DNA from: Halogeometricum borinquense DSM 11551
Lineage (GTDB): Archaea; Halobacteriota; Halobacteria; Halobacteriales; Haloferacaceae
DNA length: 32,000 bases
Assembly (NCBI RefSeq): GCF_000172995.2
Contig: NC_014731.1
Coordinates: 180,001-212,000, forward strand
Direction: 5' to 3'
Position 1 is the first letter of the stretch, and each line of letters opens with the position of its first letter. Positions 24,114-32,000 of the stretch are shown here, one piece after another. Made by a program: the position numbers and the translations under genes. The notes below the pieces were generated by a model. The model was not told the origin of the DNA. It saw only the letters and a list, made by a program, of their open reading frames with translations, and did no database searches.

Positions 24114-25115
24114 CTAGGGCCGCCATCCGCGGAGGAATGCCACCGACAGACCGCCGACAGAGAGGCCGAACGGGAGCGTGACAGTCCGAACGACGAGGAC
24201 GGCGGCGGCCGTCGATGCGGGGGCCGCGCCGGTTACGACCGCGAGTGCACCGCCGAGGAATACGTCGTACGCCCCGAGACTGCCCGGAATCGGGACGATA
24301 CTGGATGCCTGCGGTAGGGGGACGATGGCGATGATGGGAAGGAGACCAACCGTCGCCCCGGTGCCCGCGAGTGCCGTCCACAGTGCCGCCGCGACGAACA
24401 CCTGTTCGATGACGCCGCCACAGGCGATGAGTGCGACTAACCCCGGTCGGTCGCGGAACAGGAGAACGCGCGACCAGAACCGTTCGACCGCCGCTTCGAC
24501 CACTGTCCGGTCGTACGGGTCGTCTCTGTACAGGGACGACACCCGTGCGACGATTGGCGTCACAGCGACGACGACAACCTGCGAGGCGGCGACTCGGAAC
24601 CGAAGGAGGACGACCCCCGCTACCGCCAGCGCGACGACGGCTCCGCCGAGCGTGATGAGCACGAACCGTGGCGAACTCCCGCCGACCGTGATTGCCAGCG
24701 CCAGCACTGTCGAGAGGAGCAGTTGCGCGCCCGACTTCACGTACTTTGCAACGCCTCTGACGGCGAGGGCGTCGCTGTACGTCGTCTCAGTCGTAACGCC
24801 GATAAACCGCGCCATGATCGGCTCTGAACTCACTGGTCCGGCGGGGCTGAGTGTATCGAAGAAGTCACCCGCCATGGCGAACTGAACACTCTGCCGCTTC
24901 GAGAGGCCGCGTCCGAGCGGGTTCACTGACGCCCACACGCCTATTGCGTCGGCGAGTCCTTCGGCGACGACGAACAGAACGACGAACACGGCCGCTTCCG
25001 GGGCGAGTTCGGTGACGCGCCCAGCAACGTTTCCGACGCCGATGTACGAGAGGTATCCGGCGAACGCCCCGCCACCGAGGACGACTCCAATCAGAAATCT
25101 CGCCAGTCGGCGCAC
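24114..25115 (-). CDS. Flippase-like / lysylphosphatidylglycerol-synthase-TM-type (UPF0104) integral membrane protein
   Basis: 333-aa polytopic protein with an N-terminal RRLARFLIGVVLGGGAF and a Gly/Ala/Val-rich TM pattern typical of this family. The call rests on overall pattern only. Confidence 0.6.
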   Translation of the reverse strand: MRRLARFLIGVVLGGGAFAGYLSYIGVGNVAGRVTELAPEAAVFVVLFVVAEGLADAIGVWASVNPLGRGLSKRQSVQFAMAGDFFDTLSPAGPVSSEPIMARFIGVTTETTYSDALAVRGVAKYVKSGAQLLLSTVLALAITVGGSSPRFVLITLGGAVVALAVAGVVLLRFRVAASQVVVVAVTPIVARVSSLYRDDPYDRTVVEAAVERFWSRVLLFRDRPGLVALIACGGVIEQVFVAAALWTALAGTGATVGLLPIIAIVPLPQASSIVPIPGSLGAYDVFLGGALAVVTGAAPASTAAAVLVVRTVTLPFGLSVGGLSVAFLRGWRP

Positions 25116-25292
25116 GGTTGCGTTCCGCAGTAGCGTTCAAAAAGCGCTTCGTATCGCTTTGCATCCAATCCACTCGGCGCACGCGGACGCACCTCCGTTC
25201 GGTGAACTCGTTCGAGATGGTCCGAGAACGCCTGTTTATATCCAGTAGCAGTCCTAAATGTATCAAACGAAGAGTTTTCCTACTGTAGGTAA

Positions 25293-27821
25293 ATGTTTCC
25301 TGTAATGACTGAATCGATTCTCGTCCTTCACGTCGATGATGACCCAGATTTTGCCGATATGGCGGCTCATCTGCTTGAGCGAGAGGACGACCGGTTCAGC
25401 GTTACGGTGGCGACCAGCGCTAGCGAAGCCTTAGACCGTCTCGCTGACGAGGCATTCGACTGTATCGTCTCCGATTACGACATGCCTCGACAGAACGGTG
25501 TTGAGTTACTCAAGACCGTCCGCGAGGACAATCCGGATCTGCCATTTATTCTCTTTACTGGCAAAGGCTCCGAGGAAGTCGCCAGCGACGCTATCTCCGC
25601 TGGCGTGACTGACTACCTACAAAAGGGGAGGGGAATGAGTCAGTACGCTGTCTTAGCCAATCGAATCGATAACGTCGTCACGCGGTACCGCGCCGAAAAC
25701 GAACGACAGTGGCGGAACGCGATTTTCGAGGGATGCCGTGACGCGATTTTCATCTCCGACTCCGATGCCCGGTTCGTCGATGTGAACGAGGCGACAGTCG
25801 AACTGACCGGTTATGACCGCGAAGAACTTCTCTCGATGCGGATCCCTGATCTACACGAGGATGACGACCTCGATGCGTACCGGGAGTATCACGAGCGGAT
25901 TCTCTCCGGAGAACCTGCCACGACTATGGCCGAGATACTCCGAGCAGATGGTTCGAAAGTGCCTGTCGAGTTCAGTAATCGCCGTCTCGATGTCGAAGGC
26001 GATACGTACATGCACACGGTCGCCCGCGACCTCACCGAACGCACGGAACGCAAGCGGACCCTTGAGCGAGACCAAAACCGGATGCACGCGATTACTGATG
26101 CGATTCCCGATATGGTCGTAGTCTACGATACCGACGGGCGGTTTCGATCCGTCCTTTCCGGGCCGGAGGATCTCCCGGTTGACGGCCTAGGGTCGCTTGA
26201 GGGCGAAACACTCGAAGACGCGTTCAATTCCGACGCCGCAGACTGCATTCAGGCCGCTATCGACGAAACGGTCGAGAGTGGTGCAGTACAGACTGTCGAG
26301 TACGCGTTGATGTCGAATGGGAACCGACGGTGGTTTGAGGCCCACGTCGCCTCGCTCGATACTGGAGACACAGACCGTGCCGTCTTGGTGGCACGAGATA
26401 TTACCGAGCGGAAAGCACACGGGCGCGAACTCGACGAAGCGAACACGGTCCTCGGGACCATCGTTGCGAATCTCCCGGTGGGTGTGCTCGTCGAAGACGC
26501 CAAGCGCGACGTTCTCATGACGAACGAGGCGCTCTGTGAGATACTGGATCTCCCCGGCACCACGGATGACCTGATCGGCCGCAACTGTGAGAAAGCCGCA
26601 GCCGATCTCAAAGACTTGTTCGCCGACCCCGACGGGTTCGTCACCGGAATCAAAGAACGGATCGATCAGCGAGTTCCGGTCTCCAACGAGGTGCTCGACC
26701 TCGCAGACGGCCGGACTCTCGAACGCGATTACGTGCCGTATGATCTCCCTGATGGGGAGGCTAATCTCTGGCTCTATCGTGATGTGACCGACCGGGTGGA
26801 CCGAGAACGGGAACTCCAGCAGTTCGAACGGATCGTCGAACACGTTGGAGATGCGGTGTGGATTCACGACCCCGATGGAACGCTTCGGTTCGTGAACGAT
26901 CCGCCGGCAGCGGCTCTGGGTTTATCACCCGAGGATATCGTCGGCAAGCAAGCAATGGCGGTCTTGGCATCAGTTGCCGACCCGGAAAAACTAGCCACGT
27001 TCACACAGGAAGTACAGCGAATCCTAGCTGGTAAGACGGATACGGCCCGCCTCGAACTGCCGCTGTATCTGGAGACTGAGACCCGCCATCTCGACGTTCG
27101 GGTTACGGCCGCCACAATCAACGGGACCCGTCATGCGGTCGGGCTTGCGAGAAATATTGATGAGCAAAAACGGCGTGAACAGGAGTTACAGCGCCAGAAC
27201 AAGCGCCTTGATGAGTTCGCAAGCGTCGTCTCTCACGACCTTCGAAATCCGCTCAACGTCGCTCACGGGAGGGTCTCCCTCGCGTTAGAGGAACACGACA
27301 GCGAGCATCTCTCGGTGGCACAGAATGCACTTGACCGAATGGGCGCGCTGATCGATGATTTACTGACGCTCGCCCGTCAGGGCCGCCGGATTAATGATCC
27401 CGAACAGGTCGCGCTGTCTGCGGTGGCTACCCGGTGTTGGTCGGTGATTGATGGGACTGAAGCGACGCTGAACGTCGAAAGCGATCTCACGTTTATGGCT
27501 GATACTGACCGACTTCAGCAACTGTTCGAGAATCTGTTCCGAAACGCCATCGAGCATGGTGCCGAGGACGCCACAATCTGTGTCGGGCCGCTTGCTGACC
27601 GCCGCGGATTTTACGTCGTTGACGACGGCCCCGGCATCCCTGAAGCAACCCGTGATGAGGTGTTTAATTTCGGGTATTCAACGTTCGAAGACGGTACTGG
27701 ATTTGGGTTGGCAATCGTCAAAGAGGTCGTTGACGCGCACGGTTGGAACATCACCCTCACCGACGGTGCCGACGGTGGGGCGCGGTTCGAGATTACCGGC
27801 GTCACAATCACACGGCAGTGA
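25293..27821 (+). CDS. Hybrid sensor: receiver (REC) domain, multiple PAS domains, HisKA and HATPase_c histidine kinase
   Basis: REC: LVLHVDDD...VSDYDMP...FTGKGSE...DYLQKG. Several PAS-like blocks are each followed by RDITERK or DVTDR boundaries. H-box FASVVSHDLRNPL, N-box FRNAIEHG, G1 DDGPGIP, G2 GTGFGLAIV. ATG 25305 is an alternative start. Confidence 0.9.
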   Translation: MFPVMTESILVLHVDDDPDFADMAAHLLEREDDRFSVTVATSASEALDRLADEAFDCIVSDYDMPRQNGVELLKTVREDNPDLPFILFTGKGSEEVASDAISAGVTDYLQKGRGMSQYAVLANRIDNVVTRYRAENERQWRNAIFEGCRDAIFISDSDARFVDVNEATVELTGYDREELLSMRIPDLHEDDDLDAYREYHERILSGEPATTMAEILRADGSKVPVEFSNRRLDVEGDTYMHTVARDLTERTERKRTLERDQNRMHAITDAIPDMVVVYDTDGRFRSVLSGPEDLPVDGLGSLEGETLEDAFNSDAADCIQAAIDETVESGAVQTVEYALMSNGNRRWFEAHVASLDTGDTDRAVLVARDITERKAHGRELDEANTVLGTIVANLPVGVLVEDAKRDVLMTNEALCEILDLPGTTDDLIGRNCEKAAADLKDLFADPDGFVTGIKERIDQRVPVSNEVLDLADGRTLERDYVPYDLPDGEANLWLYRDVTDRVDRERELQQFERIVEHVGDAVWIHDPDGTLRFVNDPPAAALGLSPEDIVGKQAMAVLASVADPEKLATFTQEVQRILAGKTDTARLELPLYLETETRHLDVRVTAATINGTRHAVGLARNIDEQKRREQELQRQNKRLDEFASVVSHDLRNPLNVAHGRVSLALEEHDSEHLSVAQNALDRMGALIDDLLTLARQGRRINDPEQVALSAVATRCWSVIDGTEATLNVESDLTFMADTDRLQQLFENLFRNAIEHGAEDATICVGPLADRRGFYVVDDGPGIPEATRDEVFNFGYSTFEDGTGFGLAIVKEVVDAHGWNITLTDGADGGARFEITGVTITRQ

Positions 27822-27950
27822 TGGCTCTCTATGACCCGTTTATAAAGAGCAAGGAGAATACCCGCGCCTTTAGGCGCGGGATGAATCCGACACTCTGACC
27901 GCCAATCCACCGACTACACTCCAACCGGATATTCAACGTCCGGTCGTTGG

Positions 27951-27982
27951 TTTTAATACCCGTTCTCACATAACATGTTATG
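27951..27982 (+). promoter_or_regulatory. Candidate tnpB promoter: TATA-like TTTTAATA plus the 14-bp perfect palindrome CATAACATGTTATG
   Basis: TTTTAATA lies at 27951..27958, about 40 nt upstream of the ATG. The palindrome at 27969..27982 ends 12 nt before ATG 27994. Confidence 0.35.
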
Positions 27983-27993
27983 AAGTCAGTTCG

Positions 27994-29250
27994 ATGCTGG
28001 AAACCACCCGCACCTACGTCGCACGCATTACGAACCACGAACAGGTTCGTGACGACCTCGACCAGTGCGGGTTCTCCGCATCCAAACTGTGGAACGTCGG
28101 ACGCTACTACATCCAACAACGGTGGGACGACGACGGTGAGATACCCGACGAATCCGAACTGAAATCGGAGTTGAAAGACCACGAACGCTACAGTGACCTT
28201 CATTCTCAGTCAAGTCAGCGAGTTCTCGAAGAGCTTGCTGAGGCGTTCACTGGCTGGTACAACTCTGACGACGGCAACAACCCACCGGGCTACCGGAAAT
28301 GTGGCGACGACCACCCGCGCTCCACCGTCACGTGGAAGAAACGGGCCATCAAGCACGACGACAAGCACGGTCAACTCCGTCTCTCGAAAGGGTTTAACCT
28401 GAAAGAGAGTCGGTCTGACTTCATCCTCGCGGAGTACGAAACCCGCCCCGACGTAGAAGTCGAGAACATCCAGCAGGTGCGTGCCGTCTGGAACGGCGAC
28501 GAGTGGGAACTCCACCTCGTCTGTAAGAAAGAGATTCCTGTTGAAGACGCACCCGGAAACAACACGGCGGGTATCGACCTCGGTATCAGCAACTACCTCG
28601 CCATTGACTACGAAGATGGCGAGAGCGAACTATATCCGGGGAACGTGCTGAAAGAGGACAAGCACTACTTCACCCGCGAGGAGTACCAGACCGAAGGCGA
28701 GAACGGCCCGTCGAAGCGAGCGCGGAAGGCTCGGCAGAAACTCTCCCGACGCAAAGACCACTTCCTCCACACCCTGTCGAAACACATCGTTGAGCGGTGT
28801 GTGGAAGAAGGCGTGGAGAAGATAGCGGTTGGCGACCTTAGTGACATCCGAGAGGATGAGAACGGCGATTCGCGGAACTGGGGTGCGTCGGGGAACAAGA
28901 AACTCCACGGATGGGAGTTCAACCGCTTCACGAATCTGCTCGAATACAAAGCCGAGGAATACGGCATCCTCGTTGACCGTGTGGACGAGGAGAACACGAG
29001 CAAGACGTGTTCGTGTTGCGGGAAGATTCGGGATAGCAACCGTGTGGAGCGTGGGTTGTACGTCTGTTCGTCGTGCGAGACGACGATGAACGCAGACGTG
29101 AACGGTGCGGTGAATATCCGACGAAAGATAACTCAGAGTCCCCCAACAGGGGATATGAGTAACGGCTGGTTGGCACAGCCCGGAGTCTTCCTGTTCGACC
29201 GCGAGAGCGGGTCGTTCAACACGAGAGAACAGGGAGCCTGCAAACCGTAA
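27994..29250 (+). CDS. tnpB: TnpB-family RNA-guided endonuclease (IS1341-type OrfB)
   Basis: RuvC-I AGIDLGISN (D195), zinc ribbon CSCCG...CSSC, and RuvC-III NADVNGAVNI (D368). The canonical RuvC-II position reads IAVGDL (G280 instead of Glu). 418 aa. Confidence 0.9.
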   Translation: MLETTRTYVARITNHEQVRDDLDQCGFSASKLWNVGRYYIQQRWDDDGEIPDESELKSELKDHERYSDLHSQSSQRVLEELAEAFTGWYNSDDGNNPPGYRKCGDDHPRSTVTWKKRAIKHDDKHGQLRLSKGFNLKESRSDFILAEYETRPDVEVENIQQVRAVWNGDEWELHLVCKKEIPVEDAPGNNTAGIDLGISNYLAIDYEDGESELYPGNVLKEDKHYFTREEYQTEGENGPSKRARKARQKLSRRKDHFLHTLSKHIVERCVEEGVEKIAVGDLSDIREDENGDSRNWGASGNKKLHGWEFNRFTNLLEYKAEEYGILVDRVDEENTSKTCSCCGKIRDSNRVERGLYVCSSCETTMNADVNGAVNIRRKITQSPPTGDMSNGWLAQPGVFLFDRESGSFNTREQGACKP

Positions 29251-29290
29251 TATCCCAACGCTCGGGATTCCTCCGGCTTCAGTCGGAGGA
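29100..29290 (+). ncRNA. Predicted omega/right-end RNA scaffold overlapping the tnpB 3' end. The 5' boundary is a guess.
   Basis: By analogy with characterised TnpB systems and the sense-overlapping transcripts reported for haloarchaeal IS1341-type genes. The only direct sequence evidence is the two stem-loops at 29252..29290. Confidence 0.3.
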
Positions 29291-29308
29291 GGATGTCAAT
29301 ACTGATGA

Positions 29309-29584
29309 CTACTCGTCCGCCATCTCGTACGTGATGTTTCCGTCGGAGGTCACCGTCACCTGACCACCTTCGTAGTCAAAGCTGATTTCGAACGAGACTG
29401 TCGAGGATTGCTCTACTAACTGCTCGATAGCTTCGGTGTCAACCACCCAGTAGAGCGGTTTGAGATCCAACGGCTTGCACCCTTTTGCATCCGCAATGAC
29501 CGAGACGATTTTGAGAGCCATCTCTTCACGACCCTGTGTTGTTTCCGATCCAGCGTCTCCGTTCGAAGCTTTCGTCCCTGTCAT
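29309..29584 (-). CDS. HalOD1 (halobacterial output domain 1) family protein
   Basis: KIVSVIADAKGCKPLDLKPLYWVVDTEAIEQLV....VSFEISFDYEGGQVTVTSDGNI fits the HalOD1 pattern (xPLYDVIDPDALDxLF...F.Y.G..VTV..DG). The start is set at ATG 29584. Confidence 0.65.
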   Translation of the reverse strand: MTGTKASNGDAGSETTQGREEMALKIVSVIADAKGCKPLDLKPLYWVVDTEAIEQLVEQSSTVSFEISFDYEGGQVTVTSDGNITYEMADE

Positions 29585-29928
29585 TGTGGTTTCCCCCGAC
29601 ACTCCCTCGGTGTTGGTTCTGACTGTACAACCGGGGGTAGCTGTGATTTCAAGTACTAGTGACACACGGAATAAGATAATAGTTTGTGTGACATTTCCAC
29701 CCCCGAATTTCTACATATTTGATATTCACAACCAAATACGCGTATCTGACGTTTCTCTAGTCGATTACGTAACGGCATTCTGTCCTCATTTCGAGCCCGC
29801 TGATACATAACAGAAAAAACAATATTTTTGAATATATTTGAATTCTGATCAACTCCTTCCGGAATGTTGTAGTCATCCCTCACGATAAATCCGATAGATT
29901 GAAATCAACCCATCCGGAACGGGTCCCT

Positions 29929-30135
29929 ATGAGTATCGAACGCCCGCAAGGTGTGCATCCGGAGTGGTGCCCCGACTGTGGCGACGAGATGCTGTTCAGT
30001 GGCACCCAGTCCGCCGGATACGCACAGTTCTTCTGCGAGAACTGCCGGTACAGACACGACGTGTACGTCGGCCGCCCGGCGGTCGATGCTGCGTCAACTG
30101 ATGAATCCACGACAGCGGTACGTGACCCCTCGTAA
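29929..30135 (+). CDS. Small zinc-ribbon protein (CPxCG type)
   Basis: MSIERPQGVHPEWCPDCGDEMLF...FFCENCRYRH has CPxCG plus CxxC, followed by an acidic tail. The start is set at ATG 29929; the track uses a TTG at 29899. Confidence 0.55.
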   Translation: MSIERPQGVHPEWCPDCGDEMLFSGTQSAGYAQFFCENCRYRHDVYVGRPAVDAASTDESTTAVRDPS

Positions 30136-30244
30136 TCGGCCACCTACTTCTCGTTTCCCTACCGTTCGAACGCCTACCTGCTTGACGAGTCGGATTCGTT
30201 AGACTCGTCGGATTTCCCGTCCCGATATTTTCGTCCGCCCCATC

Positions 30245-31135
30245 TTACTCGTCGGTAACCGGCTTCCGAACCGAGAGTACCGGCGACGGTGCCTCCCTGA
30301 GTACTCGTTCGGTGGTGCTGCCGAGGAGGAATCGGTCGAGACCGGTTCGGCCGTGTGATCCCATCGTTATGAGGTCTATGTCGTGTTCGTCCGCGTATGC
30401 GAGAATCTCACGTTCGGGGACTCCTTCGGTGAGGCTCGTGACTGTTTCGACGCTCGTCCTTCGGGCCTGAGACTCGACAGCTTCTATTGCTGTCTTTCCC
30501 TCGGTTTCGAGAGCTGCGCGAACTGTCTCCGGTATGTGGTCCTCTAATCGCGGCGCGATGATTCCTGTATCAACCACGTAGAGCGCATGAACCGTTGCGT
30601 CGAACGCCTCAGCAACGCTCAGTCCGTGTTCGACGGCCTGCTGTGCGTACTCACTGCCGTCCGTCGGGACGAGGATTCGCTCGAACGATGGTTCGACTCG
30701 CTCATCACGTTCTCGAACGGTGAGGATGGGGACGTCGGCGTGCCGGATGACGTGTTCGGCGACGCTTCCGGTAAGGACGCGTTGGACGCCCGTCCGTCCG
30801 TGCGTCCCGAGTACCACGAGGTCGAACGATTCTTTCTCGGCGTATTCGAGAATCGAATCTGAAGGAATCCCTTTGAGGACTTCAGTTCGAACTGTCGTCG
30901 TCGGCGCTGCGAGGTCCGCAATCTCGTCGATCATCTTCTGACCGCGCGATTCGAGCGATTCGACGTAATCAGCGGTGACGCCCCCGGCATCGAACAACCC
31001 CCCGGCGGCCTGTACATTGATCACGGTGATGATGCGTACCGCGGCGTCGAATGCTTCCGCAAAGGCGAGGCCGTGTTTTGCGGCTTGCACCGAACACTCC
31101 GTCCCGTCGGTTGTGAGGAGAATTTCGTCGTACAT
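30245..31135 (-). CDS. Tandem universal stress protein (two UspA domains)
   Basis: Two repeats of ILxxTDGSE...LVVLGTHGRTGVQRVLTGSVAEHVIRHADVPILTV and ITMGSHGRTGLDRFLLGSTTERVLREAPSPVLSV, each with the G-2x-G-9x-G(S/T) ATP motif. Confidence 0.9.
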   Translation of the reverse strand: MYDEILLTTDGTECSVQAAKHGLAFAEAFDAAVRIITVINVQAAGGLFDAGGVTADYVESLESRGQKMIDEIADLAAPTTTVRTEVLKGIPSDSILEYAEKESFDLVVLGTHGRTGVQRVLTGSVAEHVIRHADVPILTVRERDERVEPSFERILVPTDGSEYAQQAVEHGLSVAEAFDATVHALYVVDTGIIAPRLEDHIPETVRAALETEGKTAIEAVESQARRTSVETVTSLTEGVPEREILAYADEHDIDLITMGSHGRTGLDRFLLGSTTERVLREAPSPVLSVRKPVTDE

Positions 31136-31255
31136 CGTCCCGTGTCACTTATCATGTGGTATGTTGTCATTTGACTTTAACCCCCTCCCGAAGCGGCGTT
31201 CTAATCGGTCTGCTATCCCGGATATTTTTGTGATATAGACGACACGAATCATACG

Positions 31256-31663
31256 ATGTATGAATTGGTCCACCAGTACGCACCAGACAGTCCCGCCGGT
31301 CGAACTGCTGTCGCCATCATTGCCTCTCTGATCGGCGTTCCGGCGTTGGTCCTTGGCCTTATTGGGATAACTGGAAACGCCGTTGCCAACGGATTTCTAT
31401 TTCTCCTTGCCAGCCTTGCACTCCTCGCTGTTGCCTGGTGCATGACACTGGGCGTTGTTCGGCAAGCGAACGCAGCACCGGATGCAACACCACTCACCAA
31501 CCCCCAAACTGAGGATGTAACCCAGACCCCGGTCGAAACACTCCGGCAGCGATACGCGGAAGGAAAACTCAGTGATGAAGAGTTTCAGCGGCGTCTCGAT
31601 CAACTCCTCGAAACCGAGGAGGCGGGTCGTACTGTGAACGAAACTGAGCGTGTCTTCGAGTGA
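31256..31663 (+). CDS. Membrane protein with a C-terminal SHOCT domain
   Basis: Two predicted TM helices, then LRQRYAEGKLSDEEFQRRLDQLLE, a SHOCT-type motif. Confidence 0.7.
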   Translation: MYELVHQYAPDSPAGRTAVAIIASLIGVPALVLGLIGITGNAVANGFLFLLASLALLAVAWCMTLGVVRQANAAPDATPLTNPQTEDVTQTPVETLRQRYAEGKLSDEEFQRRLDQLLETEEAGRTVNETERVFE

Positions 31664-31824
31664 GTCTGATTTGCTGATTTCCCCTTTCGGCGTTTCGTAG
31701 CGTCCGTTGGGACCGCTTCGCTCGACGCACCAGCATTTGTTTCATCGGGCACGATAGGTCTCTGTGTAATCGTGTCACCTCCAAGTGCGAACACCGTCGC
31801 TCCGCAATTCGGAATGTCTGCCTG

Positions 31825-31878
31825 CTAGTTTTACTAGTTTTGCCAACTTTACTATCTTTTCTAGTTTTACTGGTTTTC
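31825..31878 (+). repeat. Six head-to-tail degenerate 8-10 nt units, consensus TAGTTTTAC
   Basis: CTAGTTTTAC / TAGTTTTGCC / AACTTTAC / TATCTTTTC / TAGTTTTAC / TGGTTTTC, followed by TTATC-AAAATATA. The region is visibly AT-rich in a GC-rich genome. Confidence 0.6.
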
Positions 31879-31914
31879 TTATCAAAATATACTACGGAAC
31901 GGTGCCGAACGACC

Positions 31915-32000
31915 TCATTCCGGTGCGTCCAGCGGTTGTTCGTCGCTGTCTCCGACTTGCCCGGAAACTTGCGGGAGGAGTATCGACGAGACGGAACTCG
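31915..32000 (-). CDS. Possible C-terminal end of a gene that extends beyond the right window edge
   Basis: The reverse-complement frame reads ...SSVSSILLPQVSGQVGDSDEQPLDAPE, ending at a stop at 31915..31917. Only 27 codons are visible and only the acidic composition supports the call. Confidence 0.2.
   Translation of the reverse strand, partial: SSVSSILLPQVSGQVGDSDEQPLDAPE

Larger units (their letters stand above)
27861..29290 (+). mobile_element. Solo-tnpB IS200/IS605-family (IS1341-type) element; the ends are approximate
   Basis: The tnpB gene has no tnpA. Left side: hairpins CCCGCGCC-ttta-GGCGCGGG (27861..27880) and an imperfect CCAACCGGA...TCCGgtcGTTGG (27921..27950). Right side: tandem hairpins ATCCC-aacgctc-GGGAT (29252..29268) and TCCTCCG-gcttcagt-CGGAGGA (29269..29290) immediately after the stop. 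Confidence 0.5.

Noticed and set aside
29656-29883. A 75-codon minus-strand ORF inside the AT-rich spacer between the HalOD1 and zinc-ribbon genes
   Set aside because: It has a GTG start and an Asn/Ile/Lys/Phe-rich, non-acidic composition that simply reflects the AT-rich DNA. It has no recognisable motif. It is kept only as a remark in the low-GC islet finding.
31825-31878. The tandem repeats as a CRISPR array
   Set aside because: The units are 8-10 nt and directly abutting, with no spacers. This bears no resemblance to 25-40 nt CRISPR repeats.
31569-32000. An open minus-strand frame running from beyond the right edge through the 9-mer repeat array (translating to ...KKTSKTRKDSKVGKTSKTSRQ...) into the track ORF 31569..31784
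   Set aside because: It is highly basic and of low complexity, and it overlaps the SHOCT gene 3' end by about 95 nt. The Lys/Thr/Ser periodicity simply mirrors the DNA repeat. I judge it non-coding.

Overview
The window looks like a chromosomal segment from a haloarchaeon (class Halobacteria). Evidence: GC-rich coding DNA with AT-rich intergenic spacers, strongly acidic predicted proteins, Tat plus lipobox signal peptides, many 1-4 nt gene overlaps, and TATA-like boxes about 25 nt upstream of start codons (leaderless style). I found no rRNA, tRNA or CRISPR array.

Gene content, left to right:
- 1-1.8 kb: a truncated Tat-exported serine hydrolase and two hypothetical genes.
- 1.9-4.8 kb: a nucleoside hydrolase / SDR / ribokinase group.
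- 4.8-6.5 kb: a Tat lipoprotein and a short TrxR-like flavoprotein.
- 6.6-9.6 kb: a translationally coupled thiE-thiM-SDR-thiD operon.
- 9.9-14.3 kb: a divergent sulfur-trafficking island. It holds TusA and DsrE-like on one side, and a rhodanese-MBL fusion, a split YeeE/YedE, a micro-ORF and TauE on the other. The TauE gene is broken by a 1-nt frameshift.
- 14.4-18.4 kb: a bacterial-style nrdR-nrdA-nrdB operon. Its NrdB carries the class Ic signature (Phe at the radical-Tyr position).
- 18.6-25.1 kb: a CaCA exchanger, an orphan HNH-associated-repeat protein, an APH-like kinase, a signal-less subtilase divergent from a rhomboid, a small wHTH regulator, a second short TrxR-like flavoprotein, and a flippase-like membrane protein.
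- 25.3-27.8 kb: an 842-aa REC-PAS-histidine kinase.
- 27.8-32 kb: an accessory-looking right end. It holds a solo IS1341-type tnpB element with terminal hairpins, a low-GC islet (HalOD1 and zinc-ribbon genes), a tandem USP, a SHOCT membrane protein, and an AT-rich array of 9-nt repeats. The core 13-mer of that array recurs in inverted form in a promoter at 1.86 kb.

All functional calls rest on motifs read by eye from the translations. No database search was run.
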